Shown here piece after piece: positions 51,684-61,403 of a stretch of 64,000 nt of DNA (its first letter is position 1; each line of letters opens with the position of its first letter). The stretch is from Candidatus Latescibacterota bacterium (GTDB taxonomy: Bacteria; Latescibacterota; UBA2968; UBA8231): NCBI GenBank assembly GCA_965223905.1, contig CBDCXV010000001.1, positions 928,001 through 992,000 of the forward strand, written 5' to 3'. The translations under genes were made by a program, and so were the position numbers. Below the pieces are notes generated by a model. It made no database searches. It had not been told where the DNA came from and was given only the letters and a program-made list of their open reading frames with translations.

Positions 51684-52283
51684 TCAGGCGAAGCGTCCGC
51701 TCGACGCCACGTGCGCAAGCGACCAGTGGTGCCCTTCGCGCTCGGCAGCCAGGGCCTGGCGCACGGCCTCCGCGGCGTCGCCGGCCATGGTCTCGGCATC
51801 CAGCTGACCGAGGCGCAGACAGCGCACCTCGATCTTTCCGGTGCGCGCGATCTCGCGGCCGACCAGCTCGGCCATGTGCGGTGCCAGGGCGGCCGCCTCG
51901 GCCCTCGGAAGAGCGTTCCACTGCGGATCGACCAGGTATTCCTCCGGGTAGTCCCGCACCAGATCGAGACAGCTCAGCAGCACTGCTTTCTCAATACCCG
52001 CGGCACAGGCCGCGGTCAGCGCCACGTAGGTACCCCGAGCCGCGGCGTCGAGCAGGGCCTGTTCGCCGTCCCCGGCCGGATCGCCGCCAGCCGCGTGAAC
52101 GATGGCCTCTACGCCTGCCAGCGCCGCGTCTACCGCCTCGCGCTGGAGCAGGTCGACCTGCCGGTAGTCGGCCAGGTCGCTGGTGTCTTCTGCGCCGAGC
52201 GGCACCACCTCCAACCCCGCGCCCAACTCCGCCGCCAGCAGCGCTCCCCAGGGGCGGTCGGCGCCGATTATCGCCACGCGCAT
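51684..52283 (-). CDS. Short NAD(P)-binding Rossmann-fold protein (epimerase-like)
   Basis: VAIIGA..PWG, IVHAA, CLRLG; lacks YxxxK. Confidence 0.7.
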   Translation of the reverse strand: MRVAIIGADRPWGALLAAELGAGLEVVPLGAEDTSDLADYRQVDLLQREAVDAALAGVEAIVHAAGGDPAGDGEQALLDAAARGTYVALTAACAAGIEKAVLLSCLDLVRDYPEEYLVDPQWNALPRAEAAALAPHMAELVGREIARTGKIEVRCLRLGQLDAETMAGDAAEAVRQALAAEREGHHWSLAHVASSGRFA

Positions 52284-52367
52284 GGTATCTCCTCTACCAG
52301 AACAGGAATGTTTTGGGAAAGTTGTGAAGTACTCATCCTCGAGGTATGAACCGGGAACCTGTCCCCG

Positions 52368-52445
52368 TTAAGCGGCCTGCCAGGAACGAACATGGACTTC
52401 AGCGATACCCCTCGCATCTTCGGGATGGCCATTTCTGAATATTCG
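52368..52445 (-). pseudogene. GNAT N-terminal remnant
   Basis: PEDARGIAEVHVRSWQAA then stop. Confidence 0.5.
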
Positions 52446-52926
52446 GGACACAAGAACCATCTCCTGAAGCGTCCGCGCCATATCACGTGCTGACTTGGGT
52501 GGCGGTCCGCGTTTGTCGTGGCGGAAGTGGGTATCAGATCTCCAGATGCGATCGAATCCGGGGCTGACATTTCGCCGATCTCTCCTCTGCAATGAAGCGT
52601 TGTTGCCCGTCGTCTTTTAGCGGCTACCAGGATGCCACTTTGCCGGGGGACCACAAGGGGGGCTGGCGGTTCCGCCGGAAGCGGCCCCCGGGCTGCGAAC
52701 GGGAGGAGAGCCGCCGGAAAACTCGATCCGACGCTATCTGCGGGCCAACGGTTGTGCCCGATTCCGGGCCGGGTGCCCGATCCCGACTCGTCCTGACGCA
52801 CCCCTGCGCTGGTGGAAAGCCCGGCCGTCCCGCCTGCACTGGTTTTTTTCCGAGCTCCGCCTGTTTGCGTACAGCGTCGGGTATGGCTTTGGTATTCGGC
52901 TTCCTCTGACTGGAATCCCCACTCTC

Positions 52927-54912
52927 ATGGAATCGGTTTCCTCCTCATCGACAGATACGGCCGCGCCGGCAGCATCGCCCGATCTCCGTTCCGGCCTGAC
53001 CCTCCGCTCCGCCTTTCTCGGGCTCTGCGTCGTGCTCCTCATCTGCATCGGCGCCCCCACTTCCATCTGGATGGTCGGCTCCTCGGAGGTCACCTGGTCG
53101 TTCTTCCCGGTAAGCGTCGGCTTCTCCTTCATCGCCATCGTCCTGGCCAACGGCCTCGTCAAGAAGCTGAAACGCTCCTGGGCCCTGCAGACGCCGGAGC
53201 TGATCACCATCGTCACCATGGGGCTGGTCACCAGCGGCATCCCGATTTTCATCGTCGGAACGCTGCTGTCGATTCCCTCCAAACCGTATTACGGGGCCAC
53301 CCCGGAGAACCAGTGGGCGGTGTACCTGCAGCCGTACCTGCCGGAGTGGATCATCCCCAGCCCCGACAACGACGCCATGCGCTACTTCTACGAGGGCTCC
53401 CCGCGCGGCATGCCGGTGCCGTTCGATGCCTGGCTGGGACCGCTGGCATGGTGGCTGAGCATCATCCTCGCCGTCTACTTCCTCAGCTTCTGCGTCGTCG
53501 TCGTCATGCGCCGGCAGTGGGTGGACAACGAGCGCCTGGTGTTTCCCGTAACCGAGGTTCCTCGCCTGCTCGCCGAGGACCAGCCGGGCCGCAGCCTGCC
53601 CCCCATCCTCAACTCGCGCGCCTTCTGGATCGGCTGCGCCGTGCCGCTGGGGGTCATCCTCTTCAACGCCATCAGCTTCTGGCATCCCGGCTTCCCGCAG
53701 CTCGACGTCCACCGCGGCATCTCCTTCTCGCTGTTTCCGGGAGCGCCGGACATTCTCCTGCGGATGTATTTCCCGGTCGTCGGCTTCGTCTACCTGATCG
53801 CCACGCCGATTTCGTTCAGTGTCTGGTTCTTCTATCTCCTGCTGACCGCAGAGGCCGCGGTCGCCAACTGGGCGGGGCTGACGGTCACCCCGGACGCCTA
53901 CATCTACAGCCCGACGCAGGCGCTGTCCTGGCAGTGCGGCGGCGCCTTCGCGGCGATGGTGGTCTGGGGCTTCTGGATGGCGCGCCGGCACCTGCGCGCG
54001 GTGCTGCGCTCGGTCTTCCGGCGCACCGGCGAGCTCGACGACTCCCGGGAGATGTGCTCCTACCGCCTCGCCGTGATCGGCGGCATCGCCGCGGCCGTGT
54101 ACATCCTCGCCTGGTTCTGGAAATCGGGGATCGATCTCTACATCGCGGTGCTGCTGCTGGCCTCGGTGATGATCGTCTACGTCGGCCTGACCCGCCTGGC
54201 GATCCAGTCGGGGGTGCTCTACATCACCGCGACCTTCAGCCCCCAGGCGCTGACCACGGCGATCACCGGGACAGACGTAAACCCGCACGCCCTGGTGGGG
54301 ATCGCCCTGTCGTACTCCTGGGCCAGCGACATCCAGTCGATCTTCATGACCGCCGCGGCCCACGGGGCCCGTCTCAACGAGCTCGGACGCCACCAGAGGC
54401 GGTTGGCGATCGCCATAGCCATCGCCGTCGTCGTCGGGTTCGCCGTCAGCATCTACTTCCTGCTGGTCATCTGCTACAAGCACGGGGCGGGCAACTTCCG
54501 CTCCTGGTTCTTCGACCCCGGGGCAGGGGCAGGGGGCCGCGCCTTCGACGAGGTGACCCGCCGTCTCGGCGACCCGAAGACCACGGACTGGACCAAGCTT
54601 TCCCTGTTCGGGGGCGGAGCCCTGGTGTACTCGATCCTGTCCGTCTGCCAGTACCGATTTTCCTGGTGGCCGCTGCACCCGGTCGGCCTGACCATGGCCT
54701 CGCTCTGGAACATGCGGCTGATCTGGACCGCGGTGTTCATCGCCTGGGCCTGCAAGGTGGTCGTCATGAAAACGGGGGGGATCACCCTGTACCGGGATCT
54801 GCGCCCCTTCTTCATCGGCCTGATCGTCGGTTTCTACCTGGGCGTCGGCATTTCGTACGGGATCGATCTGACTTGGTTTTTCGGCAAGGGTCATGCCATT
54901 CTGCATGGGTGA
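52927..54912 (+). CDS. DUF6785/DUF6784 polytopic membrane protein (putative transporter)
   Basis: RRQWVDNERLVFP, WWPLHPVG, RPFFIGLIVG; many TM helices. Confidence 0.8.
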   Translation: MESVSSSSTDTAAPAASPDLRSGLTLRSAFLGLCVVLLICIGAPTSIWMVGSSEVTWSFFPVSVGFSFIAIVLANGLVKKLKRSWALQTPELITIVTMGLVTSGIPIFIVGTLLSIPSKPYYGATPENQWAVYLQPYLPEWIIPSPDNDAMRYFYEGSPRGMPVPFDAWLGPLAWWLSIILAVYFLSFCVVVVMRRQWVDNERLVFPVTEVPRLLAEDQPGRSLPPILNSRAFWIGCAVPLGVILFNAISFWHPGFPQLDVHRGISFSLFPGAPDILLRMYFPVVGFVYLIATPISFSVWFFYLLLTAEAAVANWAGLTVTPDAYIYSPTQALSWQCGGAFAAMVVWGFWMARRHLRAVLRSVFRRTGELDDSREMCSYRLAVIGGIAAAVYILAWFWKSGIDLYIAVLLLASVMIVYVGLTRLAIQSGVLYITATFSPQALTTAITGTDVNPHALVGIALSYSWASDIQSIFMTAAAHGARLNELGRHQRRLAIAIAIAVVVGFAVSIYFLLVICYKHGAGNFRSWFFDPGAGAGGRAFDEVTRRLGDPKTTDWTKLSLFGGGALVYSILSVCQYRFSWWPLHPVGLTMASLWNMRLIWTAVFIAWACKVVVMKTGGITLYRDLRPFFIGLIVGFYLGVGISYGIDLTWFFGKGHAILHG

Positions 54913-55012
54913 ACCGGGTCTCGACCCCGGCGTCGGCATTTCGTACGGAATCGACCTGACCTGGTTTTTCGGCAAGGGTCATGCCATCCTGCACGGGTGA
55001 ACCGGGTCTCGA
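54841..55012 (+). repeat. Tandem 84-bp duplication of gene 3' end
   Basis: 54841-54924 vs 54929-55012; five differences, all synonymous. Confidence 0.92.
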
Positions 55013-55077
55013 GGCCCCGGGGCCCGTATATTCTCGCTGAAATTCCGGCCAGTCACCGATCTCACGGAGGTGGGCCA

Positions 55078-55608
55078 ATGGCCAGAGCAGTGATCGTGGT
55101 CGACATGCAGAACGGCTTCATGACTCCGGGCGGCATGCTCTACTGCGGCGACGGGGCCCGCGAGATCATCGCCCCCCTGCGCGCCCGCGTCGAGCGGGAA
55201 AAAGCCGCCGGCGCGGCCGTCTTCTTCACCCAGGACACGCACGCGCCCGACGACGCCGAGTTCGAGATGTTCCCCCCGCACTGCGTCGAGGGTTCCGGCG
55301 AGGAGGAGATCATCCCCGAGCTGGCCGACCTCGCAGCGGGCGCCCGCATCGTCCGCAAGCGCCGCTACTCCGCTTTCTTCGAGACCGACCTGGCGGCGCA
55401 GCTGCAGGAGCTGCAGCCGGAGGGGGTCGTCGTCGTGGGGGACTGCACCGACATCTGCGTGCTGCACACCGTTTCCGGACTGCGCAACCGCGACTACAAG
55501 GTGGAAGTGCCGGCCGACTGCGTCGCCAGCTTCGACCCGGAACAGCACGAGTGGGCCCTCGGGCACATGGAGAGGATCCTCGGTGCCCGGGTCACCAACC
55601 GCGGCTGA
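55078..55608 (+). CDS. pncA: Nicotinamidase (isochorismatase family)
   Basis: VVDMQNGF, DTH, FPPHC, KRRYSAF, CTDICV; adjacent to pncB. Confidence 0.85.
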   Translation: MARAVIVVDMQNGFMTPGGMLYCGDGAREIIAPLRARVEREKAAGAAVFFTQDTHAPDDAEFEMFPPHCVEGSGEEEIIPELADLAAGARIVRKRRYSAFFETDLAAQLQELQPEGVVVVGDCTDICVLHTVSGLRNRDYKVEVPADCVASFDPEQHEWALGHMERILGARVTNRG

Positions 55609-55614
55609 AGCAGC

Positions 55615-56622
55615 GTGCAGCCGGCCCCGCAACGACTGTTCGCGCCGAGTGCGGCGACGCTGGAGGGGGAGAACGCCGACGTCTACTTCCGGCGCACCGC
55701 GCGCATCCTCGACGCCGAAGGGCTCGATCCCGTGGTGGCGGCGGAGGTGTTCGCGCGCCGGCGATCCCTGCTGTGCGGAATGCGCGAGGCGCAGGCCCTG
55801 CTGCGGGAGGCCCTGGCAGGAGAAGGGGAGGTCTGGAGCCTGGAGGAGGGCAGCTGGTTCGAGCCGAAGGAAGTGGTTCTCCGGGTGCGCGCCCGTTACC
55901 GCCGGTTCTGTCTCTACGAAACCGCCCTGCTCGGCATGCTCAGCAGCGGCACCGGCTGGGCGACCGCGGCCGCTTCCTGCGTCGAGGCCGCGGCCGGCAT
56001 CCCGGTGATCAGCTTCGGGGCCCGCCACCTGCATCCCGACGCCAGCAGCCGCATGGAGTACGCCGCCTGCGTAGGCGGCTGCAGCGGCTGCGCGACCACG
56101 TCCGGCGCACGGCTGGCGGGCCTGGAGCCGAGCGGCACCCTGCCGCACGCCCTGATCCTCGTCGCCGGCGACACCCTGGAGGCGACGCGGATGTTCGACC
56201 GCGTGATCGAGGAAGACGTCGACCGCATCGCCCTCGTCGACACCTTCCTCCCCGAACCCGAGGAGAGCGTACGGGTCGCCGGGGCGCTGAAGGAGCGGCT
56301 CTGGGGGGTGCGTCTCGACACCGCGAGCGAAAGGGGCGGGGTCACTGCGGAGCTGGTCGCCGAGACGCGCCGGCGGCTGGACGAGGCGGGGCACCGGAAC
56401 GTCAGAATCGTCGCCTCGGGCGGCATCGACGCCGGGCGCATCCGATATTTTGTCGAGGCGGGGGCACCCGTCGATGCCTTCGGGGTGGGAAGCGCCATCA
56501 GCGCCGCCCCGGCAGTGGACTACACCATGGACCTCAAGGAAGTGGACGGCCGTCCGGTCGCCAAGCTCGGCCGCGTGCGGGGGATTTCGGAAAATCCGAG
56601 ACTGAAGCGAGTTTCCATATAG
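55615..56622 (+). CDS. pncB: Nicotinate phosphoribosyltransferase (short type)
   Basis: DVYF.RT, SFGARH, SGTLPH, LVDTF, VRLDT, ASGG, FGVGS. Confidence 0.88.
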   Translation: MQPAPQRLFAPSAATLEGENADVYFRRTARILDAEGLDPVVAAEVFARRRSLLCGMREAQALLREALAGEGEVWSLEEGSWFEPKEVVLRVRARYRRFCLYETALLGMLSSGTGWATAAASCVEAAAGIPVISFGARHLHPDASSRMEYAACVGGCSGCATTSGARLAGLEPSGTLPHALILVAGDTLEATRMFDRVIEEDVDRIALVDTFLPEPEESVRVAGALKERLWGVRLDTASERGGVTAELVAETRRRLDEAGHRNVRIVASGGIDAGRIRYFVEAGAPVDAFGVGSAISAAPAVDYTMDLKEVDGRPVAKLGRVRGISENPRLKRVSI

Positions 56623-56630
56623 AGAGAGGA

Positions 56631-57770
56631 ATGAAGATGCGCGAGTACGAATTCGCCAGTGGCTGCACCAATCCGGCGACGTTCCCGGTCGAGGCGCTGG
56701 CCCGGGCGGCCGCGTCGGCGATACAGGAAGTCGGCGAGGCCTTCGTCCGCTACCCGGGAGACCTCGGTCACGCAGGGCTGCGGGAGGTCATGGCCCATAG
56801 GGAATCGGACCGCGAGGGAATCGAGGTCTCGCCGGACAGCATCGCCCTCACCAACGGCTCGATGCAGGCCGTGACCCTGGTGGCGGAGGCCCTGATGAAG
56901 GGGAAGGAGGATATCGTCGTCACCGAGGAGCTGACCTACAGCGGAACCATAGCCGTGTACCGCAGACTCGGCATAGAGATGGTGGGGGTGCCGCTCGACG
57001 ACCACGGCATGCGCGTCGACGCTCTCGAGGAGACCCTGCGGCGCCTCCACGACCAGGGGACTCCGCCGCGGTTCATCTACACCCTCGCCAGCTACCAGAA
57101 CCCGACCGGCTCGGTGATGCCGCGGGCCCGCCGCCTCGAGCTCCTCGAAGCGGCGCGGCGTTTCGACTGCATCGTCGTCGAGGACAACTGTTACGCCGAC
57201 GTCCATTTCGAGGGGGAGAAGGAGCCGGCCCTGTACGCCCTCGACGACGGCCCCAACCAGGTCTACATCTGCTCGCTGTCGAAGATTTTCGGTCCCGGCG
57301 TCCGCCTCGGCTACTTCATGGCGCGGCCCCCGCTGCTCGGGCGGATCCTCGACCGCCGCTACGACGGCGGCAACAGCCTGCTGGCCGCCGCCATCCTCGC
57401 CCAGTACTTCCGCGGCCGGTTGTGGGATCACTGCGCGCGCACCAACGCCGCCCTGAAGAAGAAGCGGGACGCCCTGTTCGAGGAGCTGGAACGCGGCGTC
57501 GGCGACATCTGCACCTGGTCGCGTCCTGTCGGGGGGCTGTTCGTCTGGGTGACGCTTCCCGAAGGGATCGATCTGGGAAAGCTCGAAGACCTCGCCGCGG
57601 AACGGGGAGTGCGCTACGCCGCAGGGGCCGGCTTCCACGTGCGCAACGTCGAGGTGCCCAACATCCGCCTCGCCTTCGGCTACACCTCCAGGGCGGATAT
57701 CCGCGAAGGCATTCCGCTGCTGTGCGAGTGCATTCGCGAGGCGTGTGGCAAGGAGGCGGCAGCCGCTTGA
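56631..57770 (+). CDS. PLP-dependent aminotransferase class I/II
   Basis: YQNPTG, VEDNCY, SLSKIFGPGVRLG. Confidence 0.9.
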   Translation: MKMREYEFASGCTNPATFPVEALARAAASAIQEVGEAFVRYPGDLGHAGLREVMAHRESDREGIEVSPDSIALTNGSMQAVTLVAEALMKGKEDIVVTEELTYSGTIAVYRRLGIEMVGVPLDDHGMRVDALEETLRRLHDQGTPPRFIYTLASYQNPTGSVMPRARRLELLEAARRFDCIVVEDNCYADVHFEGEKEPALYALDDGPNQVYICSLSKIFGPGVRLGYFMARPPLLGRILDRRYDGGNSLLAAAILAQYFRGRLWDHCARTNAALKKKRDALFEELERGVGDICTWSRPVGGLFVWVTLPEGIDLGKLEDLAAERGVRYAAGAGFHVRNVEVPNIRLAFGYTSRADIREGIPLLCECIREACGKEAAAA

Positions 57771-57909
57771 GGCCGGGCTACGCTGCGTCCTTGGTTATTC
57801 CTACGCCTCGGGATGCCGGTCTACACGGTTTTTCCCTTTACCTAAGCTAAGAGCAGTTCCAGTCGCAAGACGGGGCACCTCATTGTCGCCGAAGTCACTG
57901 AGGAACAAG

Positions 57910-58854
57910 ATGACAGAAGATCGACCATCATTGAAAATCTCGAGTGTTTCCGAGAGGGACATCGATCTCCTTCTCCTTGAAGAGTTCATGTCTTCGTCTG
58001 ATTTCTGCCAGCGATTCCTGGATACTATCGGCATACATGATCGGAAATGTCGTTTTGCTGCCGGCGAACGGTCGGCAACCGATGAAACGGGGGAGAGCGA
58101 TCTGGAGATCGGATTCGACGGGCCCGATAAGAGACGGTTGTTGTTCTTGATAGAGAACAAGATCAACGCGCAATTTCAACCCAAACAGGCCCAACGGTAT
58201 CGCGAACGAGGTTGTAACTATTACCGTAATGGAAAATGTCAGGAGTTTACCACTGTATTGTTCGCTCCCGCTGCGTACTTCAGTACCGAAAGAATGGGAT
58301 TCGATAAGCGCGTAGACTATGAACAGGCCAAGGACTGGATCGAGGGTTCCAACCTTCCTGCAGGGAGGAGCCTGTACAAGGCGGCGCTTCTCAGTTTGGC
58401 GATTGAAAAAAGTTCATCGAGATATCAAGCCACCGATCCCCAGGTCACAAAATTCTGGCGCGAGTACTGGGGTCTTTGCATGGATGATGCGCCGGAACTC
58501 GGGATGCCGGAACCCGGTCCGAAACCGGCCGGATCGACCTTCATCTATTTTCTGGATGCGGACATTCCCGATGGCTTGTCGCTTGTGCACAAACTGCATA
58601 AGGGATTCTTCGACCTGCAATTTGCCGGAAGGGGCGGTGACACGGCGAAAATGGGCATCGAGTATGGCCACCTCCTTTCCGAGGGCATGAGAATCGACCG
58701 TGCCGAAAAATCCGCAGTAATCCGAATTTGTGTACCGAGTATGTCGGTGGCTAGAGCGTTTGCGGAGCAGAAAGACGCCGCGTTTGAAGCCTGGAAGGAA
58801 GGGCGAAGGCTTTTGCAGTGGGTACAGGAGAACGGTGCCCGAGTCTCGTCTTAA
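57910..58854 (+). CDS. PD-(D/E)XK nuclease family protein
   Basis: ERDIDLLLLEE, GESDL, IENK, Q..RY; AT-richer than neighbours. Confidence 0.75.
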   Translation: MTEDRPSLKISSVSERDIDLLLLEEFMSSSDFCQRFLDTIGIHDRKCRFAAGERSATDETGESDLEIGFDGPDKRRLLFLIENKINAQFQPKQAQRYRERGCNYYRNGKCQEFTTVLFAPAAYFSTERMGFDKRVDYEQAKDWIEGSNLPAGRSLYKAALLSLAIEKSSSRYQATDPQVTKFWREYWGLCMDDAPELGMPEPGPKPAGSTFIYFLDADIPDGLSLVHKLHKGFFDLQFAGRGGDTAKMGIEYGHLLSEGMRIDRAEKSAVIRICVPSMSVARAFAEQKDAAFEAWKEGRRLLQWVQENGARVSS

Positions 58855-59244
58855 TTTTGAGGCGAATATCCATATCTCGTCAAAAAAAATCGCGATGCGA
58901 GATCGACCCGTATCGGAACACGACGGCTCTACGGCGGCCAAATGGCGCCGGCTGTTTTTCGGAAGTGGCCCCCACCGCTTTTCCGACTTTCAGCGGGTTT
59001 CTTTGGCAGTCCGTCAAAAGCGGCTGGGTTCAGAGCGCACTCAGGGATCGGATTGAACCACAAGCGAATGTCGGTTTCGGCCAGGACTTGCCTGCTCATT
59101 CCCCAACACGAACCCTATCCTCCCGTTGGATATGCGGCGCTGTTTCTGGCGCGCCCTGCCCCCGAGCCCCCTGCCGTTGTCCATTGGGAGAAGTGGCGTC
59201 TTCCGGCATCCGGTTTCTGAAGGCTCCCGATACACACCCTTGAA

Positions 59245-61182
59245 ATGACCGAAGCTCTGCCGCGGATCGGCCTGGTGCAGATGGAGGTGAAACCGGGCCG
59301 CCCCGACCTCAACGTCGAGTCGATGCTGCGCTACATCGGCGAGGCGCGCCGCCGGGGAGCGGAGGTGGTGGTCTTTTCCGAGCTCTGCGTCAGCGGCTAC
59401 ATCGTCGGTGATCTCTGGGAGGTGGACGAGCTGGTCGCCGACTTCGCCGGGTACAGCGAGGACATCCGCGGCGCCAGCGAGGGGATCACCGTCCTCTTCG
59501 GCAACGTCGCCGTCGACCGCGGGCGCATCGGGGAAGACGGCCGCATGCGCAAGTACAATGCCGTGTACGTCTGCAGCGACGGCGAGTACGTCGTCCGCCC
59601 CGGCCTGCCGGATGGATTGCCGCCCGGAGTGCAGCCGAAGACGTTGCACCCCAACTACCGCTTCTTCGACGACGACCGGCACTTCTACTCGCTGCGCAAG
59701 CTCGCCGCAGAGGCCGGGCGATCGGTCTACGACTGGATGGTTCCGTTCGAGGTGGCGCCGGGAGACGGGGGGCGCTTCCGCTTCGGCGTCCAGCTGTGCG
59801 AGGACATCTGGTGCCAGGACTACAGCTGCGACCGGGAAATCCTCGACACCCTCGCCGCCTACCGCGAGCGGAAGGCGCAGGCTGTCTTCAACCTCTCCTC
59901 CTCTCCCTGGACCTGGCGCAAGAACGACAAGCGCAACCGCGTCGTCCGCGACATCCTCAGGCGCTCGCCGCTTCCCTTCTTCTACGTCAACCAGGTGGGC
60001 GCCCAGAACAACGGCAAGAACATCATCGTCTTCGACGGGGACTCGACCTTCTACGGCAGCGACGGCAGCGTCAGGCGCCGCGCGCGCCCCTGGAAGGAGG
60101 AGCTCCTGGTGCTCAACCCGGCCGGCGAAGCGTCCGGCCCCCCGGCCCCGGAAGCGCCACCGCCGGAGCAGGAGGAAGTCGAGTCGGTGTACTGCGCCAT
60201 CCGCACCGGGCTGCGTCACCTCGACCACGTGCGCTGCGGCGAGAACCGCTTTCTCGTCGGGGTCAGCGGGGGGATCGATTCGAGCGTGGTTGCCTGCCTG
60301 CTGGAACGGACCTTCGGGGCCGACCGCGTCTTCGCCGTCAACATGCCGACCCGCCACAATGCCGGCGTCACCCAGGACAACGCCCGCCTGCTGTGCGAGC
60401 GCCTGCAGGTCGACTATCTCAGCTGCCCGATAGAGGACCTGTACCGGCAGGTCGCCGGCCGCATCGAGGGGATCGCCTTCCCGCGTTCGCAGGGGCGCTA
60501 CGACCGCCTCGTCGACGAGAACATCCAGGCTCGCATCCGCTTCTCCGACCTCCTCGCCGGCATCGCCGCCAAGCACGGGTTCATCTTCACCAACAACGGC
60601 AACAAGACCGAGCTCGCTCTCGGGTACACGACCCTGTACGGCGACCTCGACGGCGCTGTTTCGCCTCTCGGCGATCTTTACAAGGTGCAGGTGTTCGCCC
60701 TCGGCAGGTACCTCAACGACGCCGTCTACGGGCGCGAGGTGATCCCGGAGAACCTGCTGAACATGGCGACGGTGCCCAGCGCCGAGCTGTCCCCGGAGCA
60801 GGACGTCACCCGGGGGATGGGGGACCCGATCAAGTACGGGTACCACGACGCCGTCCTGCGGCAGCTGATCGAGTACCGGCGCCACCCGGCCGACCTGAAG
60901 CGCTGGTACCTGCGGGGGGAGCTGCTCGAGCGGCTGCAGTGGGGGGACTGGGAGGCGTTCAGCGCCCACTTCGCCGATGCCGCCGGCTGGCTGGAGGATC
61001 TCGACTGGGTGGAGCGCCGGCTGCGCTCGAGCTTCTTCAAGAGGATCCAGGCGCCGCCGCTGATCGTGCTGAGCAAGCGGGCCTTCGGCTTCGACCTGCG
61101 CGAGACGCAGTGGCCGGCGTATCGGCCGCGGGCCTGCGCCGAGCTCCGGGAGCAGGTGGTGCGCCGGCCCTGGGGGCCGTGA
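59245..61182 (+). CDS. nadE: Glutamine-dependent NAD+ synthetase
   Basis: Nitrilase domain (FSE, PK, CEDIW) plus SGGIDSS, ENIQAR, NKTE..GY.TLYGD, PSAEL. Confidence 0.95.
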   Translation: MTEALPRIGLVQMEVKPGRPDLNVESMLRYIGEARRRGAEVVVFSELCVSGYIVGDLWEVDELVADFAGYSEDIRGASEGITVLFGNVAVDRGRIGEDGRMRKYNAVYVCSDGEYVVRPGLPDGLPPGVQPKTLHPNYRFFDDDRHFYSLRKLAAEAGRSVYDWMVPFEVAPGDGGRFRFGVQLCEDIWCQDYSCDREILDTLAAYRERKAQAVFNLSSSPWTWRKNDKRNRVVRDILRRSPLPFFYVNQVGAQNNGKNIIVFDGDSTFYGSDGSVRRRARPWKEELLVLNPAGEASGPPAPEAPPPEQEEVESVYCAIRTGLRHLDHVRCGENRFLVGVSGGIDSSVVACLLERTFGADRVFAVNMPTRHNAGVTQDNARLLCERLQVDYLSCPIEDLYRQVAGRIEGIAFPRSQGRYDRLVDENIQARIRFSDLLAGIAAKHGFIFTNNGNKTELALGYTTLYGDLDGAVSPLGDLYKVQVFALGRYLNDAVYGREVIPENLLNMATVPSAELSPEQDVTRGMGDPIKYGYHDAVLRQLIEYRRHPADLKRWYLRGELLERLQWGDWEAFSAHFADAAGWLEDLDWVERRLRSSFFKRIQAPPLIVLSKRAFGFDLRETQWPAYRPRACAELREQVVRRPWGP

Positions 61183-61403
61183 AGAAAAGGGGTACGGGTT
61201 ATATCACATCACTTGGATACGGCTAGACTATTTTTCTTTTCCGTGCATCCGTGCATCCGCGCATCCGCGCGCGTGCGCGAGGTGTGGGGCCAGTTTGTTG
61301 CAAGGTTAAGTTGAGTTTTTCTTAAGTAATCAGAGATAGTAAAATGCGAAAATAGCCGCCTCTTGATACCATGTTGGTCCTAAAGAAGCAGGAATCGAAA
61401 ATT

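Noticed and set aside
55551-57770. 739-aa ORF
   Set aside because: The first 360 codons overlap pncB out of frame; the real start is at 56631 with an RBS
52812-61226. Long alternative-frame and antisense ORFs over DUF6785 and nadE
   Set aside because: Shadow ORFs expected from high GC3 codon bias
61241-61270. 8-bp microrepeat CCGYGCAT, three copies
   Set aside because: Short and low complexity; no evidence of function
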